From: Cyanidioschyzon merolae
Lineage: Eukaryota
DNA length: 64,000 bases
Strand: one strand, 5' to 3'
Assembly (NCBI GenBank): GCA_000091205.1
Contig: AP006485.2
Below the pieces are notes generated by a model. That model made no database searches. It worked only from the letters and a program-made list of their open reading frames with translations, and had not been told where the DNA came from. Made by a program: the position numbers and the translations under genes. Of this stretch, positions 22,520 to 33,663 are shown in pieces (within the stretch, counting starts at the first letter, position 1; each line of letters begins with the position of its first letter).

Positions 22520-23476
22520 TTGCCGACTCTGGAACGCACAGTCGCCGTCCCCGTCGCTTTGCAGATTCGTTTCGAAGCGGAGCTCGACGCTGAGTGTTTT
22601 CGTTTTCCGCTACGAACAGTGAATATGTTTCTGGCTCCGAATCCTGTAGTTTGGTTGCGTAGGAAGGGAACGTATACGCTTCATGAGACATACTGTAGCC
22701 TAACATCAGGTCGTCATAGGGCTGACAGCAAGCGAGACCCTTTTCTGTACGTAGAGGTAAGTGGCGACGGCGACGACGTTTGGCGACTACAGAATGTTTT
22801 CGAACTGCTGAGAGATCCTTCCAGAGGAGTAGTAGGCATTTTACCAACCGACACATCGTATGCGTTTGTTTGTAACTTGCACTCGAGAACTGGCGTGGAG
22901 AGAATTTACTCGCTGAAGAAGACGCCTCCGAGCGTTCGCAAGCCACTGTCTTTGCTCTGTCGAAATCACGCAGCTATTCAGCGATACGCGCTTGTGCTCG
23001 ACAAGCGTACCTTCAAAGTTCTCAAGGCGCTGCTTCCTGGTCCGTACACGTTTATTTTACCGGCGACTCATGAGGTACCTCGCGTCATGATCGAAAACCG
23101 GGTCCATAGGAAAATGTGGAAACGGCGGGAGATAGGTGTTCGATGGCCCCGTGATCCATATTGCCAGGCTGCCATGGATGCTCTCGATGGTGTCGCGCTC
23201 CTAGCAAGCTCTGTTCCAGACGATGAAGTAGAGGAGGACGGTGTAGATAGGGATTATTTGCGAATGCTGGAGCACTGGGAACACGAAGTGGACTTTATGA
23301 TCAACGCAGGCGCTCGAACGATCGGATTGAAATCCACCGTTGTGGATGTAACGCGAGGCTGGCGTGTCTTACGAGAAGGCCTAGGGTACGAGGAACTGCG
23401 GCAAGTTCTTGGGCGCGAACTGGGCGCGGAAATTCTCATGGATGCACCAGAGGATCGACCACCGATTCCAGAGTAG
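22520..23476 (+). CDS. L-threonylcarbamoyladenylate synthase, YrdC/Sua5 domain (t6A37 tRNA modification)
   Basis: 'VWRLQNVFELLRDPSRGVVGILPTDTSYAFVCN' and 'KPLSLLCRNHAAIQRY...LLPGPYTFILPA' follow the YrdC-domain signature. The first about 85 aa are non-conserved, so this is either an extension or the true start is an internal Met. Confidence 0.8.
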   Translation: MPTLERTVAVPVALQIRFEAELDAECFRFPLRTVNMFLAPNPVVWLRRKGTYTLHETYCSLTSGRHRADSKRDPFLYVEVSGDGDDVWRLQNVFELLRDPSRGVVGILPTDTSYAFVCNLHSRTGVERIYSLKKTPPSVRKPLSLLCRNHAAIQRYALVLDKRTFKVLKALLPGPYTFILPATHEVPRVMIENRVHRKMWKRREIGVRWPRDPYCQAAMDALDGVALLASSVPDDEVEEDGVDRDYLRMLEHWEHEVDFMINAGARTIGLKSTVVDVTRGWRVLREGLGYEELRQVLGRELGAEILMDAPEDRPPIPE

Positions 23477-24353
23477 GTACCAGTCGAGAGACACATCTAT
23501 CTACACTGCTGAGACGTAGCGCACCGAGCAAGACACTCACAGGAGCGCTCCCTCTATGCAGTGGAAGCTCTTGACTCACCTTTAAATAACTGACAAATCA
23601 CCGACATTGCCTTGTTGAGTACTTTGGAAGAGTTCATTATGGCGCATTCGCCGCGAGGCTGGGCAGCGGATTCGTTCGCCGAGGTGGCCTAGAGATCAGA
23701 AGCTCGGGCAAGTTCCGTTTAGTGCACCAGCAGCTATTTCTGAGACTGGACATTACTGTAAGTCATGCAGGGTGCGGGTGCCATGAAGCAGGAGTGGCAC
23801 TGTGGTAATTACCCACACGCCCTCTGGAGCGTGATGCCGAACATCAGGAGCGAGTCGCGATTTCGTGCCGCTAGAGCATAGCAAGTGCAGCAAGTGCCCG
23901 GGAATTCGCCGGCCTAACGGTCGCGGCCATCTCTGGAATGAGATGCTACAAAGTCGCATACATGAAGTAACTTTTGAACGTCTGATCATGGGTGTTCGGA
24001 AAAGACCACAGCGGAATCGTTTATCTGCAGGGCAGGTATCTGCCACGAGGGAGCAGCCACGCCTGGAATCCAACGCTCTCAAATCTGGACGCAACGTCGT
24101 TCCCAACGCTGCAAAAGTTCTGCAGCGAGGCTTTGTCGTCTCATCAACTGGGAGCGCTGCACTTTACCCGGTACTGCGCTCTGGGCAGGGTGCGGCCGCG
24201 TAGGTCGATTTTTCGCTCGCTGGATCCGCTCTCGAAGGAGATGCGCCGAATGCCGTTACAAACCTCAAACAACGACGCAGAACTTGACCTAAACTAGGCG
24301 CACAAGCCACTGACTCAGGAAAGAATGCTAGAATGCGATCCTCGCTGTGCATC

Positions 24354-24956
24354 TCAGCATTTGTGCGTTGCAGTGACCGCCACGCCGTCGTCATCTACGG
24401 CATTCGTCCGTGCACTCACATAAATCCCATCCAAAAACTTACGAATATCTTTGTTTTTCACAAGGCATGTTTCGTGGATGAGAGCAGCAGACTGTGAAAC
24501 TTCGTTGATATCGTTTCCAACGACGAGCAAGCAATCCTTCACAGTGTTCGAACGGTAGACCTTCGCGCCACCGAGCATTCGCACTCGACGGACTCGCTTC
24601 TCTCCCAGAAAGTTGCGCACTTCTAGAACTGTATCGTTCTCGGATATCGTCATGTTCAGCGGGAAGTGCGCGTATACGGCTCTAAGCTCGTAACAGTAAC
24701 CCTTGATGACGCCGGTAAACATGTTCTTAAAAACGGAGGCCGCCGTCATAATAGTTGCCAGATCCTTTCGGCGTCCTTGCCACACCTGGATGCGCACTTT
24801 GCGCCCCTTTTCCAAAAGCGTAAAGTCAGCAGGTATATGTTTAAGGCTCTTCCGGAGTTCGCCCCGGGGCCCTTTAACGAAAACCTCCCGCTTCTTAACG
24901 CGTACCGTCACGCCTTCAGGCACCTTCAAGGTTTCGCTCGCAAGGATGGCCCTCAT
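24354..24956 (-). CDS. RPL9: 60S ribosomal protein L9 (uL6)
   Basis: Near full-length colinearity with eukaryotic RPL9: 'VKGPRGEL', 'AVYAHFPLNMTISENDTVLEVRNFLGEKRVRRVRM', 'KNKDIRKFLDGIYVS'. Confidence 0.95.
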   Translation of the reverse strand: MRAILASETLKVPEGVTVRVKKREVFVKGPRGELRKSLKHIPADFTLLEKGRKVRIQVWQGRRKDLATIMTAASVFKNMFTGVIKGYCYELRAVYAHFPLNMTISENDTVLEVRNFLGEKRVRRVRMLGGAKVYRSNTVKDCLLVVGNDINEVSQSAALIHETCLVKNKDIRKFLDGIYVSARTNAVDDDGVAVTATHKC

Positions 24957-25645
24957 TTTTCGTTGTAAATCTTGATAATGCCGCGAATCGCCAAATAACT
25001 TTCACAGGAACCACCCTATGAACCACCCGAGCAGTGGAGAAGCTGACTTGCGAAAAAACGGGGTACGCGACGGATGTACAGCCGAGAGTCGTGGCTGCTT
25101 CGCAGGACGGCGAAAATCCGGACGTGGCTAAACGGGACAAAAATACCCTCAGCTGCGCTGCCTGTACGATAATGTATAAAAAGGACAAAACACCCACGGG
25201 TGCGCTGCCGATTTTGATGCTGAACATGGTAACCAATATCCTACGACCATGAAGTTTAAATTATTACCACATGCAGAGGTCTGCCAGCCTTTTCAACCGG
25301 ACCCCTGCCGCCGGTTTCAGCCTTACCTCGTATACTTCGATCCTGAGAGGTTCCCCACAAAGCTGGCTCGCGCCAGCTCCACGAGTGTCATATAAAGCAA
25401 CGCATATCGTCTGATATTGATGGCGGCGTCAAAGTACCGGCTCATGGACCCCATGCGTTTGTTGCGTCTGATGGGACTCGGCTCTACAAAGATTCCTTGA
25501 ATTCGTGCCGTCTTTGCCATCTGGTGCTCTGTCAGCTCTCCGTACTCATATATCACGGAAGCGCTCCGCTGCGTTTTGTCCGTCTGGACCTTCTGAAGTG
25601 TGCGCCCTAGGATATCCCTCGGATTTTTTAAAGTGAATGCACTTC

Positions 25646-27900
25646 TTTATAGCCTCAGGTGAGGACCTTCGCAGGGGAGAAGGACTTGCTGAAGAACGAC
25701 GAAATGTGCCCCAGTGTGTCACCGTGTGCTGAGCGCTTCAGCGAATCGCCCAGAGCAGCGATCCTTACGTTTCATGATAGAAAACATCCGTTCGATGGAA
25801 ATGAACCATGGAGTGTACGCAGGAATGAAAAGCAGCTCTACCCCGGTGGAATCAGCACAATGCTCGAAAGCAAGGGGAATGTTCAAGTGCTATGTAGTGC
25901 AACAGAACGAAGTCGCCAGACGTCAGGAGCAACATCTTCAGTGATTCTACAAAAAGGTGCTGTTGTATTAGGCTTCAATGCGGGCGAACCCGAGGCCGCT
26001 ACATGAATCCACTGCAGGTAGAACAGATGATGTCGTCTTTCTTTTCCAAATCGATCGCACGTACAATGGGCTCTCTACCCGGCGAGTGGCCATGTACGCT
26101 CCGACCGTTTCGTCCAAAGCAAGTCTCATCGACTGAGAAATCAAACGGATATCCCTGTGCTTCTTACCGATTGCAACGTTCCATGAACGCTGTACGTGCG
26201 TTTCGGTTCATGATGGCCGTGTGTGAACTAGGGCTCTGTTTTTTGTGACTGTATCCGGGTATTTGCAGGACCACACAGACAAGGTGTTGAGCAACAGAGA
26301 CGCCCGTGATGGCTGCGATCCTCGCTTTTGCCTTCCGTGAGATGCTCAACGTGTCGTTTTCAACCATTGAATGCAAGCAGTTTTGAGGATTCGGTTTTTG
26401 GCTTGGATCGCATTTACTTTTCTGTGTTCCTCTCGCATCTGAGTACTGGGATATGACAGACCTGAAGGGGGAATGGAGTCCACCTTGCACTGTTCAGTGA
26501 AGAATATACATCCTGCAAGCAACTCATCTGTGCTCAATACGATAAATTGCATCCTGATTTCGATCTTCTGCTTTAAGCTACAAAAACAGCATTCGAATGC
26601 TTTCAGCGGTGGTCAAACAAAATTGAGTTGAAAGACTATAAAATGGAACAGTGAACATTTTATGCTGTTCCTGCTCTACAATCCTTTCCGAAATTTTTTC
26701 AGGTCGACGAACTCGACCTTCGAAGTGCGACAACAAAGAGTTACGAATCCACACCTAATTTAACGATTCTCGATTGTCTCTTCAGCGTGACTCCTTTGAT
26801 GTTTTTCAGTTGGAATTCGCCAGGTCACCGGAATGAAATTGAGTTGCCACGCAATCGAGCAAGAATTCATAAAAAGCAGAAGTCATTACAAAATCTATGC
26901 AAACAATTCTCCACTCCGCTCCTTTTTTTCATTCCGGACGCTCGAATCATGCCCAGTTCCGATCTTTCTGTTTCAAGGCAATTTGCTGGTGCAGCAAGAA
27001 TTGCAGCTGGATTGACATTGAAAACAAACTTCGATGTCATCCCTTCAAGACTTTTTCACAACCTCAAGCCGAAAGCTCACTGAACTTAGTACGCAAAATA
27101 ATCGATGCCGTTCGAGAGCCAAGTCGCACTCTTTTCATCGAAATCGGCGAAACGGCGTTCTACAGCAGCTAGATACCTCTCACAGGACTTGCTCACACAG
27201 GCTCCTGTCTCTTCTGTTTTCTTAGAGAAGCATCATGGCCTCGGGCTTTAGCTATTACCGCAATCGTCTCGAGGAAACACTGCCTCATCGTTTTCCAACA
27301 ACGGAGCGCCGACAGTTTGAAACTTCTCGACTTGTTCTTGACCTGAATAATCGTACGGGTACTTGTTTCATCATGGATAATATCGCGTTCCACAAATCCT
27401 GTATTGAACAGAACAGCGTGCGCCTGCTTGTACAGCGGACACAGTACTTGCCAAGGGGATCGCCAGGAGGATGCCCATGCTCTTATGGGACGGCTCCGAG
27501 CGCGGAAACGGAAGCGAGCATCGAGAGCTCTCTTCCGTCTCCGTCGAGGGCACGAACCGAATTCTGGAGCAAGCTGTCACGCGCCATAGTGCAGTTATCC
27601 AGGGAAAGGTTGGGTATTCTGTGGGAATATCTGACTACAGCAAACAGTCACCGCCGCGAAACGCCCACCTAGGCTTCACAAAAAATGCGAATGCCAAGCG
27701 AGGCGTAGATTGCAAATGCCACGTGTGTATCACATGCTCCGATAGCAGCAAGAAACCGAGAGATAGGGATTTTAATGGTGCCATCAACATCTTTCGACTA
27801 CAGACAACGGAGCTGGAGGGAAGCGAGACACGAGCATATTTCATGCTGGAGATGAGTGGCACGAAAAACGGAAAAAATCGAAGAACACATTAGCAGAAAT
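25646..27900 (+). mobile_element. Most complete copy of a decayed TnpB/Fanzor-like transposable element (about 2.25 kb, non-autonomous pseudogene copy)
   Basis: The 5' 1 kb is homologous to 2564-3540. The 3' part carries frameshifted TnpB/Fanzor-like coding remnants (see pseudogene 26873-27893). The 27.0-27.45 kb segment is about 75% identical, in reverse orientation, to the 690-bp repeats at 42931 and 56955. Confidence 0.6.
26873..27893 (+). pseudogene. TnpB/Fanzor-like (IS605 OrfB-family RuvC nuclease) pseudogene, split over three frames
   Basis: Frame A (26873-27172): '...LNLVRKIIDAVREPSRTLFIEIGETAF' resembles the TnpB 'LHKISrkiVd.A...ivlEdL' RuvC-II block. Frame C (27471-27893): 'KVGYSVGISDYSKQ' resembles 'G..v..v.p.yTSq', and 'CKCHVCITCSDSSKKPRDRDFNGAINIFRL' is an OrfB zinc-ribbon plus RuvC-III 'DRDvNAAiNI' signature. 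The pieces are joined only by two frameshifts and the RuvC-I motif is not recognisable, which indicates decay. Confidence 0.55.
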
Positions 27901-29047
27901 GCTACTAATGATGACAATTGGAAAGCCCAAAACTTTAATGCATACACTCGCGATAGACAAGTGGACTCGTTCCATTTTATTCAGGCATGAGTATATGCGC
28001 CATATCCTGCGGCCGTGCGTTTTGCTTAGAAAGACTGCGGGCGATTAAATTATTATTAAAGGTCATCCTTCAACAAAAGAGAACTGGATGAGCAACCTGC
28101 CTCGTCACTTGGGCCTCTCTGCTCGCTTAGTCGCCTCTTCAAATGGAGCGCGTCACCAGAACATATTATGGTCGAAGATCGCGGTGCTTGCCGACGTCCA
28201 GTCGGAGCGTGTACATTTGTACGAGAGGCTCAGCATGTGCCTTTTGGGGCCCTTGCGCTTTCGGCGCAGGATATTTGCAGAGCAGCGCCATTCTGAAGCA
28301 GCCCTGACGTACTTCGGAGCGCGAGCCCAGCGATGAACGCCCCCAAGCGAGGCATCTGATAACTGTCGTATATATATTCAACATGCCACGAAACAATGAA
28401 TAGATGATGGACGTCTCCGAGCGATACATCTCACAATTGCCGCATGTAAGTTTGAGCTGCGAATGAGGTTCGCCGGCGAGCGCAAGCGGCGCTCGTCCAC
28501 GAGAACGTCCCCGTCCGTAGCGGAAGAAGCAGCGCGCCTCTTTCTGAGCTGGTCGGACGCATACAGCTTCAATACACCGGCAGGTTGCATCGCAAAAGCG
28601 GCCCTCTTCCCGCTCGAGTACTGCTGAGGCGCCTGAAACGCCCGAGAAACCGGATGCTCGATGTTCCGCGTCGCAGGAAAATGTGTCGTTCTTTAGATTG
28701 AGCCGCTATTCCTAATCAGGATGCAGGATCGGGTCTCGTGGAACGTGACGACCTCTATAAAGGAGCAGAGGTATCTTACTTGCTTATTGTCTCCGTTTAT
28801 GCATCCAGAGTAAGCGCTTTTCAGAGTCGATGGCTCGTGGTAGATCCGGCAAATTCGCTGTCGGCACTTGACACGGCGTTTCTGAACTACGGCAGACAGT
28901 GGCAGGTCAGATGTTGTTTGGATTCGGATTGACCAGTCTGATCGAAACTAGGGCATACGAGCGCTAACGTACTGGATCCTCTCACTTTGGATAGCGTCTA
29001 GTTTATGCTGAGATCCACCAGTGGGTTGAAAGACTAGAGAGCACGTC

Positions 29048-31273
29048 ATGGATGCTGAACAACGTTCAGGCGTCGGCGACAGTTCTCCGCACGCGGCTAC
29101 GTACCGTTTGTCCCGAACGCTTGCCGGGCATGCGGCTGACGTTCGAGCCGTTGCTGCCATGTCGCGAGAACTATTGATAACAGGTTCACGGGACGGCTGC
29201 GTGCGACTTTGGCGCGGTAACGAACTGAACAGCTATGGTATTCGGGTACACGCTCCCCATTATGTTCAGGCGCTCGCGGTTTTGAGCAACGAAATGATAG
29301 TAAGCGGTTCCTCGGACAAAACTGTTGCCTGGATTGACGTCAATACAGAGCAGATGACGCATTTAGGCAAAGGGCACGGAGACGTCGTGAGCGCGCTGGC
29401 GGTAGCCCCAACGTCGACACTGGTGGCCTCTGGCTCCTGGGACCGAACGGTGCGCCTGTGGCGGGACGGCGAGAGTCTCATGAGCCTCACTGGACACGAC
29501 GCAGCGGTTTGGGCTCTTTTATTTCTAAGCGATACCGAAGTCCTCAGCGCTTCGGCGGACTGCAGCATTCGTCTCTGGGATGTTCGCAAAGGAGAGTGCG
29601 CCCAGGTGCTGTACGGCCACGACGAAGCCGTACGGGCCCTCTGCCGACTCGAGTTGAGCGCGCATTCTAGAGGCAGTTTCGCATCTGCTGGGAACGATGG
29701 CTCAGTTATTCTTTGGTCCATGCATGGTGAGCAAATTCGTCGCTATCCGAATGTACATGGCAGCTTCATTTATGCCCTTGCTGCTTTTCAAGATATGCTC
29801 ATCTCGGCTAGCGAAGATCGAACCGTGCGCATCCTGGACCTCCAGCAGCAGGATGTCGTTCAAACGATACCACATCCCAATACCGTCTGGAGTGTTACCA
29901 TGATTCCTAATGCTGACGGCGATTTTCTAACCGGCTGTGCTGACAGTTGTGCGCGCGTTTGGACCCGCATTCCGGAGAGGTCCGCGCCGGCAGAGCACGT
30001 TGCGGAATACGAGATGGCGCTGGCAGCGCAAAAAACGAGCATGCACCATCAGCATCAGATAGATCCTTCCCAAGTGCCTGATGCAGAAACGGCGCTAGCG
30101 CAGCCGGGCTTTCGGGACGGACAAACGCGGCTCGTGCGCAAGTCCGGAACCCTGGACGGCATCGAAGTATACATGTGGTCGATGTCAGCAGGTCGCTGGA
30201 TGAAGATAGGTGACGTGACGGATCCTCCTGGATCGCCCGAGCGGCCTCTCAAGACAGGTTTTGACTACGTCTTCGATGTTGATGTTGATGTCGACGGCAG
30301 TGCGCATCGATATCGTCAGCTAGGGTATCGACGTGGAGAGAATCCGTACGTCGCTGCCGAGCGTTTTCTGGAAGAAGAACATTTGCCGCGTACATATCTG
30401 GAACAGATTGTACAGTTTCTTATCACGCATGTTCCCGCCAGCGACATGCGTGCCGATGCGGGCGCGCTGACGGATCCGCTCACCGGCGCTGATCGCTATG
30501 TGCCACCCGCTGCGTCTTCTCTACCGCAAGGTCATTCGGCGGGGAATCTGCCGGACTGGATACTGTTTCCTGGGACGGATTCGTATGAACGCATCTTGGA
30601 ACATTTGCCGGAAAACGATCGGTGTCGGTCGTTATTCCAGACTTTGAAACCGCTTACAGCAGAGAAGGTGCGCATGCTCAGTGCGCTCCTCGAGCGGACA
30701 CCGCCCGCGCAGGCGGTAGCTGTTATAGATCTGGCGAGACTCGTCGTCCTAGAAAATGATGCGATACAGATACTTTTTGGAAATGGTCAGCCGACAGTAC
30801 TCGACAGTGTCCTACGTCATGCATCCAGTGCAGAAGCTTCTTTTGGAATACACGTTTCTTCCTGTCGCTTCATATGCAACAGTTTCGTCCATTGGCAGCG
30901 AGCCCCGGTGCGTGAGGCCTTGCTACGATGTGCGGATCTTATTTTAGATACGTTTACGATCATCGTGCATAGCGATACACCTGAGAAGCTCTGGCGGGCT
31001 TTCGCCGCAGTGTTGTATAATTACGCCGTTCTTGAGAGTCGATGTGATGCAGGGCGTCAATCTGTCCGGTCGTGCGCCGATCGAGTGCTGCAGAGTGCCT
31101 GTCTGCTCGGTTTTGCACGACCAGCTGGTGTCCAGGAGGCGTCTGAACTCACCGACGCCCTCTGGATGCTCATTCACGACGCTTCGCGGGCGCAGCTTGC
31201 GATATCCGCAGGTCTGTTGGAGTGGGAAGAGGTACCCTCTAAAATCGCAGAGCGTATCCGCATGTTTGTCTAG
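29048..31273 (+). CDS. PLAA: Phospholipase A2-activating protein / Doa1-Ufd3 homologue (WD40 + PFU + PUL domains)
   Basis: ATG verified at 29048. N-terminal WD40 repeats ('GHAADVRAVA...', 'SGSWDRTVRLW', 'SADCSIRLWD'). Central PFU domain 'GQTRLVRKSGTLDGIEVYMWSMSAGRWMKIGDV...DYVFDVDVDVDGSAHRYRQLGYRRGENPYVAAERFL...LPRTYLEQIVQFL'. C-terminal ARM-like PUL region. Confidence 0.85.
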   Translation: MDAEQRSGVGDSSPHAATYRLSRTLAGHAADVRAVAAMSRELLITGSRDGCVRLWRGNELNSYGIRVHAPHYVQALAVLSNEMIVSGSSDKTVAWIDVNTEQMTHLGKGHGDVVSALAVAPTSTLVASGSWDRTVRLWRDGESLMSLTGHDAAVWALLFLSDTEVLSASADCSIRLWDVRKGECAQVLYGHDEAVRALCRLELSAHSRGSFASAGNDGSVILWSMHGEQIRRYPNVHGSFIYALAAFQDMLISASEDRTVRILDLQQQDVVQTIPHPNTVWSVTMIPNADGDFLTGCADSCARVWTRIPERSAPAEHVAEYEMALAAQKTSMHHQHQIDPSQVPDAETALAQPGFRDGQTRLVRKSGTLDGIEVYMWSMSAGRWMKIGDVTDPPGSPERPLKTGFDYVFDVDVDVDGSAHRYRQLGYRRGENPYVAAERFLEEEHLPRTYLEQIVQFLITHVPASDMRADAGALTDPLTGADRYVPPAASSLPQGHSAGNLPDWILFPGTDSYERILEHLPENDRCRSLFQTLKPLTAEKVRMLSALLERTPPAQAVAVIDLARLVVLENDAIQILFGNGQPTVLDSVLRHASSAEASFGIHVSSCRFICNSFVHWQRAPVREALLRCADLILDTFTIIVHSDTPEKLWRAFAAVLYNYAVLESRCDAGRQSVRSCADRVLQSACLLGFARPAGVQEASELTDALWMLIHDASRAQLAISAGLLEWEEVPSKIAERIRMFV

Positions 31274-31446
31274 GGAAAACGGATCTGGGCTGCCTCTATC
31301 CAAATCGGGATATTGCGGCCCGATAAAGTTTCTGCCTCTGCATTCTATGTAGCGCGCGGCTATTGTACTACTGACCAGTGCGTGAAGAAGAAGATTTGGG
31401 TGTCATGGAAGTGTTTTTGCATGAAGCGATGCAAGTCTCCAAAGGA

Positions 31447-31450
<4 letters not shown>

Positions 31451-31483
<33 letters not shown>
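31451..31483. repeat. (CTG)11 microsatellite in the convergent 3' intergenic region
   Basis: A perfect CTG x 11 run from 31451 to 31483. Confidence 0.95.
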
Positions 31484-31659
31484 AACTTTGCGAATTCTAA
31501 TGCTTTTCTGCGTTGGAAACACCCACTGCGCGCGTTTCGATGATCGGTTTTGCTTATGTACTACAGTGCTGTTCCGTACGTTGCCGCTGCTGCTTCTAAA
31601 GTGGGCGAATCCAAATGCTGTTCTCTGTAGGAAACGCTCACTGTGCGCGTCTCTGTGCT

Positions 31660-33228
31660 CTAAACTGATGACGAGGCGATTTTCGCTCCACTTTCCGTCG
31701 TTGACTGAAGCTCCTCTGAGCGTTGCTTGGCAGTCGGAATGCGTACCACCACCCCGGCTCCTATGGTGGTGCCCTCATCCCGCAGCATGAAACGACCCAG
31801 AGGCGCAAACTCTTTGAACGCGGTAACGCAGACGGGCTGCGCGACGCTTAACCGCGCAATAAAGGTACTTCCGGGTCGCACAAACTTGGGATGTTTCTTG
31901 ACGATCTGGTTTGTGCGGCGATCAACCTCAGCGAGGAGACGCTCGAAAACAACCTCAACGGCCGCTGCTTGAATATGCGCAATACAGCGGTACCCCGCAG
32001 TCAGAATGGACTTGTGCTCGACCAGCATCACTTGGCCATCGAAGGTCGTTGTCGCTTCAACGGGATCGTTCTCTGCACAGAGCACCTGGCCCGAATGAAT
32101 ATCGTCTTCCTCGACGCCTTTCACAAGCAGCTTGACGTTGTCTCCGGGCTCAGCGAGCGGCACCTCCTCGGCATCCATTGTGATGCTCGTGACATGCACG
32201 ACAAGTCGCGGTGGCATGAGCAGTAGCCGATCACCGCTGCGAATCGTACCGGCTTCGACTCGGCCTAGGATACAAACGCCCATATCTCGAAATCTGTCCA
32301 CGACAGTCATGCGCACCGGCATATCCAGCGGCCGCGGTGGTAGTTTCAGTGCATCGAGCACTTGGAGCAGCGATCCGCCTTTGTACCATGCACACGTGCT
32401 TGGATGAACCGGTTCGCGCAAATTCTCACCTGTGAAGCCGCTGACAGGTACCCAGCTGACCTCCTGCGGCCGATATCCAATCTGCTTCAGGAAGGGTGCC
32501 AGTTTGTCGCATATCTCCCGAAAGCGCTCCTCGCTCCACTGCACGGTGGGTTCATCCATCTTGTTGATGACGACGATGAGTTGTCGCACACCAGCCGTTT
32601 TTGCGAGCATAGCGTGCTCGCGGGTCTGTCCGCCTCGTTCGAAGCCGGCCTCGAACTCTCCCTTGCGGGCCGAAATCACCAGTATAGCCACATCAGCTTG
32701 TCCGGTGCCTGAGATCATCGCCGGCACATAGGCCTTGTGGCCAGGCGCATCAATAATCGTGATATGTTTCGTTGCGGTTCGGAATGAAGCTACGCCATAA
32801 TCCGTGGTTTTTCCTTTGCTTCGTTCCTGTTCGGTGAGATCGAGCGCCCAAGCGAACTTCCATGACTCGCGACCTTTGCTCTTCGCCTCCTTTTCGTATT
32901 TCTCCAACGTGCGCTCGTCGAGGTTGCCAGTCAGGTAGAGCAGGTGGCCGCACAGTGTCGACTTGCCGGCGTCTACGTGTCCGATGAACACAATGTTCAA
33001 GTTTCGGACCCGTTCTGGTGACTCGGATCCTGGTCCTCTGCCGTTGTCGTCGAGGTGCAGCTCCTGCACACGCTCCGCAACTTGAGACGCTGCCATAGAT
33101 AGTGCCTTTGAACAAAGCTGCTCTAGTCGAACGGTCAAAATGAGAATCCCGAGCGCTATCCGTACGAGCGCTGCTCTGTGGTCCGACCACGTTCTCTTCC
33201 TTCGCTGCACGGAAGAGTGTCCGGGCAC
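31660..33228 (-). CDS. ERF3: Eukaryotic peptide chain release factor GTPase eRF3 (GSPT family)
   Basis: 'NIVFIGHVDAGKSTLCGHLLYLTG', 'DAPGHKAYVPAMISG', 'SARKGEFEAGFERGGQTREHAMLAKTAGV', 'INKMDEPTVQWSEERF' are almost colinear with the eRF3 GTPase and beta-barrel domains. The N-terminal region is short and the start may be an internal Met. Confidence 0.9.
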   Translation of the reverse strand: MPGHSSVQRRKRTWSDHRAALVRIALGILILTVRLEQLCSKALSMAASQVAERVQELHLDDNGRGPGSESPERVRNLNIVFIGHVDAGKSTLCGHLLYLTGNLDERTLEKYEKEAKSKGRESWKFAWALDLTEQERSKGKTTDYGVASFRTATKHITIIDAPGHKAYVPAMISGTGQADVAILVISARKGEFEAGFERGGQTREHAMLAKTAGVRQLIVVINKMDEPTVQWSEERFREICDKLAPFLKQIGYRPQEVSWVPVSGFTGENLREPVHPSTCAWYKGGSLLQVLDALKLPPRPLDMPVRMTVVDRFRDMGVCILGRVEAGTIRSGDRLLLMPPRLVVHVTSITMDAEEVPLAEPGDNVKLLVKGVEEDDIHSGQVLCAENDPVEATTTFDGQVMLVEHKSILTAGYRCIAHIQAAAVEVVFERLLAEVDRRTNQIVKKHPKFVRPGSTFIARLSVAQPVCVTAFKEFAPLGRFMLRDEGTTIGAGVVVRIPTAKQRSEELQSTTESGAKIASSSV

Positions 33229-33663
33229 GACGCGAAGCGAGGAATGCTTAAACTTCTAAGCACGGAATTTTCGTCTATTGTAAATAGAAGAGTATTTTAT
33301 AGAGCTACAATTGCGATGTGTAGTCTGGGTTTGAACGCAAAAGCACCGCTCACAGGTGATGCCCTGAGCGAGCCAGCAAGCTCTGATGCGAGCGTCTTCT
33401 TGTTGCTCGGGTCCTCAAAGCCTTGTACTACACTAAGCGTACGTACCAAGCAGTTAGTTCTATACCTGGAGTTCCACAGCAGCGCGAAGCGCTAACAAGA
33501 CCCTGCCGGACAAGAAAGTCGCCTTAATAGGTCGCTGGACAAAGATTGTCGCCGTGGCGAGGCCGCGCGGGTACGCACTCCAACTCCCAACAAAAGCTTT
33601 TATGCCAGTCTCTGTTCAACGGCTGTGTTGCTGCGCTTAAGCCCTAACAGGGATCACTGACTC

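Noticed and set aside
22359-22946. 195-aa minus-strand ORF overlapping the YrdC/Sua5 start
   Set aside because: It overlaps a confidently identified gene in antisense and has no recognisable domain. Most likely it is a chance ORF in the GC-moderate sequence.
31313-31543. ORF encoding a poly-Leu run
   Set aside because: It is created by the (CTG)11 microsatellite in the convergent 3' intergenic region and is not a gene.
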